Positions 1-4,283 of a stretch of 4,283 nt of DNA are shown here, one piece after another (within the stretch, counting starts at the first letter, position 1; each line of letters starts with the position of its first letter). The stretch lies in IMG/VR virus record IMGVR_UViG_2541047097_000005; one strand, 5' to 3'. The position numbers were made by a program, and so were the translations under genes. The stretch comes from a virus. Taxonomy: Duplodnaviria > Heunggongvirae > Uroviricota > Caudoviricetes. A model generated the notes under the pieces. It ran no database searches. It was given only the letters and a program-made list of their open reading frames with translations, and was not told the DNA's origin.

Positions 1-1
1 C

Positions 2-595
2 GTGAAAACGGATTTATCAGCAACGGAAACGGCCTGGAAGCTGTGGGAACTTATGGGGGAGGTGTATTCGAACCGCTGGACCCAGAAGAACGGGGCTGCG
101 CCGTCGAAGCTCTGGATTGCTCAGATTGGCGCGATGACTGAACAGCAAATCCGGCAGGTCTGCCGTCAGTGCATGGACCGCTGCCGGGCGGGTGAAACGT
201 GGCCTCCGGACCTGGCTGAGTTTGTGGCGTTGATTTCGGAGAGCGGGGCAAATCCATTTGGCCTGACGGTGGATGCCGTGATGGAGGAGTACCGTCGCTG
301 GAGGAATGAATCCTGGCGGTACGACGGGAGTGATAAATACCCGTGGCCACAGCCGGTGCTGTACCACATTTGCCTCGAGATGCGTGACAGAGGGATTGAG
401 CGGCAGATGACGGAAGGTGAGTTAAAACGACTTGCAGAACGGCAACTGACGAAATGGGCAAAGCAAGTTGGTAACGGGATGAGTATTCCCCCGATCCGGA
501 GACAACTCGCATCGCCGAAGTGCCCGCAAGGGCCAACGCCAATTGAATTACTGAAACAGGAATACGAGCGCCGGAAGGCGGCTGGTTTTGTTTGA
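2..595 (+). CDS. Replication protein P-like (lambda P family, DnaB-helicase loader); 5' end may lie upstream of the window
   Basis: ORF runs from nt 2 (GTG) to TGA at 593-595. The translated C-terminal two thirds resemble lambda P as I remember it (EFVALISES.., YPWPQPVLYHICLEMRDRG, ELKRLAERQLTKWAKQV versus lambda P QFVAWCREE.., YPWKSNAHYWLVTNLYQNM, ELRRKAADELVHMTARI). Lambda P is about 233 aa and this ORF is 197 aa, so the true start is probably upstream. Confidence 0.8.
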   Translation: MKTDLSATETAWKLWELMGEVYSNRWTQKNGAAPSKLWIAQIGAMTEQQIRQVCRQCMDRCRAGETWPPDLAEFVALISESGANPFGLTVDAVMEEYRRWRNESWRYDGSDKYPWPQPVLYHICLEMRDRGIERQMTEGELKRLAERQLTKWAKQVGNGMSIPPIRRQLASPKCPQGPTPIELLKQEYERRKAAGFV

Positions 596-628
596 ATCTG
601 AGAAACGATTTTGTCGGAGGAAATTTTA

Positions 629-1345
629 ATGGAAACCGTATCTGACGCACTGAAAGCACTGAAAAGAGCCTCTTCACATGTGGTGGCAGCTCGCCTTGGA
701 ATTAGTCGTGAAGAGGCTGTCAACGAACTGTGGAAACTGAAACGCCGTGGAGAAGCGGATAACAAGGGGGCGATATGGTGGCTGACTCAGGCTGGTGAAA
801 GTGAACCGGTGTCACCGGTACCGAAAGTGACGGCGCAAATGCTGACAGAGGCGATTGAACAACATGGCCCACAAACGGCGGATGAACTGGCATTGATGTT
901 CGGAATTACCTCCCGCCGGGCGAATTCATCGCTGGCAATGGCAATCAGCAAAGGGTGTCTGATTCGCGTGAATCAGGATGGTAAATTTCGTTACTGCATA
1001 CCGGGCGTTGATTTACCGGCAGAGCCGAAAGCAGCATCCGTAGCTGAAACGGAGGGTAAAGCCCTTCCTCAGCCAGCTGGTGTTGCGTTACCAGTCCAGG
1101 AAACGGCTGCACAGGAAGAAATTAAAACAGAAGCGGTGGAGGACATTGTGAAGTTGCAGCAATCGTTCACTGAAGCGAAAGCAGATGACCTGATTCTACC
1201 ATCGCTGCATGTGGCTAACCGCGAGCTGCGCCGGGCGAAAAGTAATGTTCAGAAGTGGGAGCGAGTCTGTGCTGCGCTACGGGAACTGAACAAACACAGG
1301 GATATTCTCCGGGATATTACCGCCACCAGAGAGCAGCAGCGGTGA
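629..1345 (+). CDS. Prophage protein, DUF1627-like, with an N-terminal winged-helix-like segment; function unknown
   Basis: ORF ends at TGA 1343-1345. I prefer ATG 629 (METVSD..), which has GGAGG at 616-620 eight nt upstream, over the TTG at 611 used in the ORF track. N-terminus ([23 protein letters not shown]) looks like a small DNA-binding/winged-helix fold; the central part is Ala/Glu/Pro-rich and linker-like. Family call is from memory of prophage annotations next to P genes, not verified. Confidence 0.7.
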   Translation: METVSDALKALKRASSHVVAARLGISREEAVNELWKLKRRGEADNKGAIWWLTQAGESEPVSPVPKVTAQMLTEAIEQHGPQTADELALMFGITSRRANSSLAMAISKGCLIRVNQDGKFRYCIPGVDLPAEPKAASVAETEGKALPQPAGVALPVQETAAQEEIKTEAVEDIVKLQQSFTEAKADDLILPSLHVANRELRRAKSNVQKWERVCAALRELNKHRDILRDITATREQQR

Positions 1346-1659
1346 GTGGCTGGAAGAAGTGGCGCTGGGCTGAAATCCTGATACTCCGGCAGTGTGCGGG
1401 AACGATGAGAGTCGAAAGCATCGGTTATCTGATTGGCCGTAGTGAGTCAGCCGTCAGGACGAAAGCGCGGGAACTGGGTATCAGCATGATGTTACGGGGT
1501 GATTATCACCAGTCAGCCAAATGTTCACAGCGTGATATTGAGCTGGCGTGGCAACTGCATCAGCGTGGTGTACCCCGACGGGAAATTGCCGAAAAGTTTG
1601 GGATGAAGTTGGGCGCAGTGAATAACTACGTTTATTTCGACAGGAGGGTTCAGGAGTGA
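1342..1659 (+). CDS. Small protein with two tandem helix-turn-helix-like repeats (putative DNA-binding regulator)
   Basis: GTG at 1342-1344 overlaps the upstream stop (GTGA, 1342-1345). Two internally similar segments: [38 protein letters not shown] and [29 protein letters not shown], each resembling sigma-70 region 4 / LuxR-type HTH (xxEIAxxxGxSxxAVxx). Alternative start ATG 1404 would remove the first helix. Stop TGA 1657-1659. Confidence 0.65.
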   Translation: MSGWKKWRWAEILILRQCAGTMRVESIGYLIGRSESAVRTKARELGISMMLRGDYHQSAKCSQRDIELAWQLHQRGVPRREIAEKFGMKLGAVNNYVYFDRRVQE

Positions 1660-1958
1660 GGGTGAGGGTTTATATCGCCGGTCCGATGACGGGATATGAA
1701 AATTTTAACCGCGAGGCATTTCACAAAACGGAAGAGGTGCTGAAACGGGAAGGGCATACCGTTTTAAACCCGGCAGTACTTCCGGACGGGCTGACTCAGC
1801 CACACTACATGGATATTTGCATGGCAATGCTCCGTTGCGTGGATGCGGTTTACATGCTGAAAGGCTGGCAGCAGTCGGCAGGTGCAGGGGCTGAGCTGGC
1901 ACTGGAGGAGAAACCGGGCCATGCGGTGATTTTTCAGGAGGTGGGCAGTGAATATTGA
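1656..1958 (+). CDS. DUF4406 family protein (nucleoside 2-deoxyribosyltransferase-like fold)
   Basis: GTG at 1656 (or 1662) overlaps the upstream stop, with CAGGAG at 1651-1656. N-terminal motif VYIAGPMTG followed by ..VLNP.. and a C-terminal acidic EL..E segment is typical of the small phage DUF4406 / deoxyribosyltransferase-like Rossmann proteins. Stop TGA 1956-1958. Confidence 0.8.
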   Translation: MRVRVYIAGPMTGYENFNREAFHKTEEVLKREGHTVLNPAVLPDGLTQPHYMDICMAMLRCVDAVYMLKGWQQSAGAGAELALEEKPGHAVIFQEVGSEY

Positions 1959-2265
1959 CCCGGCGATAACGATTGATATGGCCCTGAACGCCGGCCTGGC
2001 ACTTCTTGGTTATTTCTACATTATGTTCTGCAGCGGACGATGGCTGTCACTGTTGTTCATGAAAAAATGGAATAAACGCCGTAAGCAGGAGCAACGCCAG
2101 AAGGCAATGGATGCATTTTTCGAAGCCTTCGGAATTGACGGCATGGAACCAGGGGATCCAGCTCGCGCAATCAGCAGAGGGGGTGTAGTAATCCTTGTAT
2201 ATCGGAGTGAAGAGAAAAATGACGATCACAAAACAACGTGTAGAAGAAATCATATCCCGCATTGA
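1948..2265 (+). CDS. Small membrane protein (one predicted transmembrane helix followed by a basic stretch), function unknown
   Basis: GTG at 1948 with a strong SD AGGAGGTGG at 1936-1944; overlaps the DUF4406 stop by 11 nt. Hydrophobic segment ITIDMALNAGLALLGYFYIMFCSGRWLSLLF followed by KKWNKRRKQEQRQK. The last 47 nt overlap the next ORF, so the C-terminal tail may be run-on. Confidence 0.55.
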   Translation: MNIDPAITIDMALNAGLALLGYFYIMFCSGRWLSLLFMKKWNKRRKQEQRQKAMDAFFEAFGIDGMEPGDPARAISRGGVVILVYRSEEKNDDHKTTCRRNHIPH

Positions 2266-2536
2266 AATGTATGGACATGGTGCAGGGTATATCGCAGACG
2301 AGGTTAATGATCTGGCTATACTGGCGCTGAATTTATCAAATATCGCGAACCTGAAGCGATACGAGCTTGATATGGGAGGTTGCGACTCGTGCGGTCAGGA
2401 TTGTGGCGCTGATATGACTGAAGATCCTGATGGTGATTATGTCCTGTTTGATGACGTGGTTAAGTTGTTTGAATTTGATACAACCACTCAAAAGTTAGAA
2501 ATCCCGGCAAAGGAGGCAGCCAGTGGGCAAGATTGA
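2219..2536 (+). CDS. Hypothetical acidic protein (105 aa), function unknown
   Basis: ATG at 2219 preceded by GGAG (2204-2207) and GAAGAG (2208-2213); the ORF track's TTG at 2195 is less likely. Product is acidic with a Cys cluster (CDSCGQDCG). Stop TGA 2534-2536 overlaps the next start. Confidence 0.6.
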   Translation: MTITKQRVEEIISRIEMYGHGAGYIADEVNDLAILALNLSNIANLKRYELDMGGCDSCGQDCGADMTEDPDGDYVLFDDVVKLFEFDTTTQKLEIPAKEAASGQD

Positions 2537-2960
2537 CTATCAGGCACTGCGTGAGGCAGCACAAAACTATCAATCGACGCTGGCGTGGTATCAGGCTACC
2601 CCGGACAGCCCAAATGCTGAACGGGATTGTGATGCGGCTCTTGCTGCGTTTAAGCGTCACATCCGTCATCGGGAAGCGGATATTATCGCTGATTTGCTGG
2701 ATGGACTGGAAGAAGCAAAATCACAACTCAACGAGCAGCGTGAGTATTACGAAGGCGTTATCTCTGATGGGAGCAAGCGTATTGCTGAACTGGAAGCGCG
2801 GGAAGTTCAATTACCGACTCGCTACGACCTTCGATATGGACACCCGATAAATGCAGATGAGCGACATGTCATGATACCTAAAGAAAATGGCAGTTGGCTT
2901 TACCTGATTGACCTAGAACACGCATTACGCGTCGCTGGCATTCGCATCAAAGGAGAGTGA
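2523..2960 (+). CDS. Ead/Ea22-like family prophage protein (putative)
   Basis: GTG at 2523 with SD AAGGAGG at 2510-2516, overlapping the upstream stop. Motifs IDYQALREAAQ at the N-terminus and KRIAELEAREV in a central coiled-coil-like stretch match my recollection of E. coli prophage Ea22-like proteins; family assignment unverified. Stop TGA 2958-2960. Confidence 0.7.
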   Translation: MGKIDYQALREAAQNYQSTLAWYQATPDSPNAERDCDAALAAFKRHIRHREADIIADLLDGLEEAKSQLNEQREYYEGVISDGSKRIAELEAREVQLPTRYDLRYGHPINADERHVMIPKENGSWLYLIDLEHALRVAGIRIKGE

Positions 2961-2961
2961 G

Positions 2962-3153
2962 ATGAACGGACAAATATCAATTGTTCGACCAGGAGCATGT
3001 GACGATCGCGAAATACGAATGATTATTCGTCTGGCGATGGGGAAAACAATAACTGCTCTCATTACTCCAGAAAATCTCGCATTAGCATTAACAGGAAAGT
3101 CAGACATGCCAGTAGAGCTAAAGCTGCGAAATGTTGAGATTAAGGTGAAATAG
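2962..3153 (+). CDS. Small hypothetical protein (63 aa)
   Basis: ATG 2962 with SD AGGAG at 2951-2955 (6-nt spacing), placed 1 nt after the upstream stop. Stop TAG 3151-3153. No recognisable motif. Confidence 0.5.
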   Translation: MNGQISIVRPGACDDREIRMIIRLAMGKTITALITPENLALALTGKSDMPVELKLRNVEIKVK

Positions 3154-3155
3154 CT

Positions 3156-3713
3156 ATGACCACTATTACCAAAGATCGACTGCTGACAATCCAGCATTGG
3201 CGCGAAACATACGGACCGGGTAGCAACGTTGTGCTTCCAGCAGAAGAAGCGGAAGAGCTGGCACGGATTGCGCTGGCATCACTGGCAGCAGTATCGGATG
3301 AACGAGCAGCCTATGAATTATTTATGGAGAAGCGTTTCGGAGAATCTGTAGATCGCCGCAGAGCAAAAAATGGCGATAGAGAATACATGGCATGGGATAT
3401 GGCGCTTGGCTGGATTATCTGGTGTCACCGCGCCGCCATGCTTCAGGCTGGAAACTTTCGGGAAAATAAGGGTTCGTCAACCAATAATTTTCGGATAATC
3501 TCGGAAACGTCAACCAACTCTCCGGCAATCCCTGATGAGGTGTTGTCCGCAATCCTGAAGGTCGCCAGGCTTCGTGCAGATTTCGATGCTTCTGAAGTGG
3601 ACAGGCGAGGTATCGGTAGTTGTCTGGATGAGGCCGAGCAAGAACTTATCGTTACCATTAACGAATACGCCAGTCAGATCGCAGTAGAAGCGACACAGGG
3701 GGAGAACCAATGA
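3156..3713 (+). CDS. Hypothetical prophage protein (185 aa), function unknown
   Basis: ATG 3156 with AAGGTGA at 3143-3149, 2 nt after the upstream stop. The N-terminus (LTIQHWRETYGPGSNVVLPAEEAEELARIALASLAAV) resembles N-termini I associate with prophage Ea22-like/early-left proteins, but I cannot assign a family. Stop TGA 3711-3713. Confidence 0.7.
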   Translation: MTTITKDRLLTIQHWRETYGPGSNVVLPAEEAEELARIALASLAAVSDERAAYELFMEKRFGESVDRRRAKNGDREYMAWDMALGWIIWCHRAAMLQAGNFRENKGSSTNNFRIISETSTNSPAIPDEVLSAILKVARLRADFDASEVDRRGIGSCLDEAEQELIVTINEYASQIAVEATQGENQ

Positions 3714-3787
3714 GCCGGCCAGATGCATTTGCAGGCGTTGCTATAGCTATTGCTTTTCTAGTATATGTTATTTGTCGGTGGGGGTAA
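3710..3787 (+). CDS. Candidate mini-ORF, 25-aa hydrophobic peptide (MSRPDAFAGVAIAIAFLVYVICRWG)
   Basis: ATG 3710 overlaps the upstream TGA (ATGA) and has GGGGAG at 3698-3703 with 6-nt spacing. The 16-residue hydrophobic core could span a membrane. Stop TAA 3785-3787. Too short for the ORF track. Confidence 0.3.
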   Translation: MSRPDAFAGVAIAIAFLVYVICRWG

Positions 3788-3822
3788 AAACGTTCGCCGG
3801 GATTCACACCAAGGGAGGGAAT

Positions 3823-3927
3823 ATGTCGGATGATATTTCACTGGTAATGGAAGGCGCTCTGGCTGTTATTGCTGTTGTGGGTGTTTACTGCCTGGTTGTG
3901 TTTTTGATGGAGCGCCTGGGGAACTGA
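3823..3927 (+). CDS. Candidate small transmembrane protein, 34 aa (MSDDISLVMEGALAVIAVVGVYCLVVFLMERLGN)
   Basis: ATG 3823 preceded by a near-consensus SD AAGGGAGGG at 3811-3819. Single roughly 21-residue hydrophobic helix with a charged C-terminus (ERLGN). Stop TGA 3925-3927. Too short for the ORF track. Confidence 0.45.
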   Translation: MSDDISLVMEGALAVIAVVGVYCLVVFLMERLGN

Positions 3928-3937
3928 ATTCATTCCG

Positions 3938-3953
3938 TATGGGAATTCCCATA
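3938..3953. repeat. 16-bp perfect palindrome TATGGGAATTCCCATA
   Basis: Read directly; it is its own reverse complement. Sits between the 34-aa ORF stop and the predicted hok promoter -35. Confidence 0.9.
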
Positions 3954-3967
3954 TCGGGCAAAACGGT

Positions 3968-3995
3968 TTGCTGTAAAGCGAGAGTTAAGTAGAAT
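3968..3995 (+). promoter_or_regulatory. Predicted sigma-70 promoter for the hok-type mRNA
   Basis: -35 TTGCTG (3968-3973), 16-nt spacer, -10 TAGAAT (3990-3995). The predicted start near 4002-4004 would give an mRNA 5' end GGGTGCTTGAGGCTGTCTGCCTC, matching the remembered 5' end of plasmid R1 hok mRNA (GGCGCUUGAGGCUUUCUGCCUC). Confidence 0.45.
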
Positions 3996-4013
3996 TGCTG
4001 CGGGTGCTTGAGG

Positions 4014-4049
4014 CTGTCTGCCTCGGGCATGCCACCGTAAGGCAGACAG
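4014..4049 (+). promoter_or_regulatory. hok mRNA leader stem-loop (9-bp perfect stem, 18-nt loop)
   Basis: CTGTCTGCC (4014-4022) pairs perfectly with GGCAGACAG (4041-4049). The loop contains the palindromic octamer GGCATGCC (4026-4033). Position and sequence parallel the 5' structured element of R1 hok mRNA. Confidence 0.55.
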
Positions 4050-4057
4050 AGAAAAGC

Positions 4058-4122
4058 CCCAGTTAACATTACGCGTCCTGCAAGACGCTTAACATTAATC
4101 TGAGGCCCAATCTATGCTTCAC
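4058..4122 (-). ncRNA. sok: Predicted Sok-like antisense RNA (type I antitoxin); ends approximate
   Basis: Placed by analogy with R1 hok/sok, where Sok is antisense to the leader and mok start region. Covers the mok-like ATG at 4114 and the hairpin at 4073-4088. Start is inferred from the minus-strand promoter at 4129-4157. The 3' end is guessed from the stretch whose antisense reads GGGGCTTTTCTCTGTCTGCC, similar to R1 GGGGCUAUCUUCUUUCUGCC. Confidence 0.4.
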
Positions 4123-4128
4123 AAACGT

Positions 4129-4157
4129 AGGTTAGCCTCTTACGCGCCGAAAGGCAA
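4129..4157 (-). promoter_or_regulatory. Predicted promoter for the Sok-like antisense RNA
   Basis: On the minus strand: -35 TTGCCT (complement of 4152-4157), 17-nt spacer, -10 TAACCT (complement of 4129-4134). Same position and near-identical spacer as the R1 sok promoter I recall (TTGCGC, 17 nt, TATCCT). The -10 is a weak match to TATAAT. Confidence 0.4.
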
Positions 4158-4170
4158 GGAGAAGCAGGTT

Positions 4171-4283
4171 ATGAAGCAGCAAAAGGCGATGTTAATCGCC
4201 CTGATCGTCATCTGTTTAACCGTCATAGTGACGGCACTGGTAACGAGGAAAGACCTCTGCGAGGTACGAATCCGAACCGGCCA
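4171..4283 (+). CDS. hok: Hok/Gef family type I toxin (small membrane-depolarising peptide), 3' end truncated by the window
   Basis: ATG 4171 with SD AAGGAG at 4156-4161. Translation MKQQKAMLIALIVICLTVIVTALVTRKDLCEVRIRTGQ.. matches the Hok/Gef family and, from memory, is closest to chromosomal HokD/RelF-type sequences. No stop before the window end. Confidence 0.9.
   Translation, partial: MKQQKAMLIALIVICLTVIVTALVTRKDLCEVRIRTG

Noticed and set aside
611-628. TTG start at 611 for the DUF1627-like gene and TTG at 2195 for the acidic protein gene, as in the ORF track
   Set aside because: Downstream in-frame ATGs (629 and 2219) have better-positioned SD sequences, and TTG is a rare initiator. 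The longer versions are not excluded but are less likely.
17-765. Three minus-strand ORFs (17-367, 51-677, 166-765) of 116-208 aa antisense to the P-like gene
   Set aside because: They fully overlap a + strand ORF with clear lambda P homology. Their translations are Arg/Ser/Pro-rich and low-complexity, typical of antisense frames in GC-rich coding DNA, and no SD or start context was seen.
2533-2850. ORF 2533-2850 on the + strand in an alternative frame inside the Ea22-like gene
   Set aside because: It is entirely nested within the better-supported 2523-2960 frame, which has a strong SD and family-like motifs, and its product has no recognisable features.
1705-3728. Minus-strand ORFs 1705-1902, 2047-2262, 2460-2669, 2925-3197, 3443-3658 and 3510-3728
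   Set aside because: Each is short (65-90 aa), lies antisense within a supported + strand gene, and lacks convincing start context. They are treated as shadow ORFs.
3938-3953. GGGAATTCCC core of the palindrome resembling a eukaryotic NF-kappaB site, and the EcoRI site GAATTC
   Set aside because: A eukaryotic transcription-factor motif is irrelevant in a bacterial prophage context, and a single restriction site is not meaningful. Only the palindrome itself is retained as a possible operator.
3866-4069. Minus-strand 67-aa ORF across the 34-aa peptide gene and the hok leader
   Set aside because: It overlaps the hok promoter and leader stem-loop, which are better explained as regulatory RNA structure, and there is no SD. 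It is likely a chance open frame.
4073-4088. Hairpin considered as a rho-independent terminator
   Set aside because: No U-tract follows on either strand and the stem is only 5 bp. It sits inside the hok leader and is more plausibly part of mRNA or antisense RNA structure.
1-4283. Search for CRISPR repeats, tRNA/rRNA genes, transposase or integrase genes and IS inverted repeats
   Set aside because: No regularly spaced direct repeats, no tRNA-like cloverleaf candidates, and no ORF with transposase or integrase motifs were seen. The window is fully accounted for by small phage genes and the hok locus.

Overview
This window reads as a lambdoid (E. coli-type) prophage early/accessory region, with every credible gene on the + strand. 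It opens with a lambda P-like replication protein (5' end possibly outside the window), followed by a tightly packed, mostly stop/start-overlapping chain of small accessory genes: a DUF1627-like protein, a small tandem helix-turn-helix protein, a DUF4406 (nucleoside 2-deoxyribosyltransferase-like fold) protein, a small membrane protein, and Ea22-like and hypothetical proteins. The chain ends in two unannotated mini-ORFs (25 and 34 aa) encoding hydrophobic peptides. The window closes with a hok/sok-type type I toxin-antitoxin locus: promoter, structured leader, an upstream in-frame mok-like start, the hok toxin ORF (3' truncated by the window edge) and a predicted antisense Sok-like RNA on the minus strand. 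No rRNA, tRNA, CRISPR array or transposase was seen. All family assignments are from reading motifs and from memory of family sequences, not from searches.
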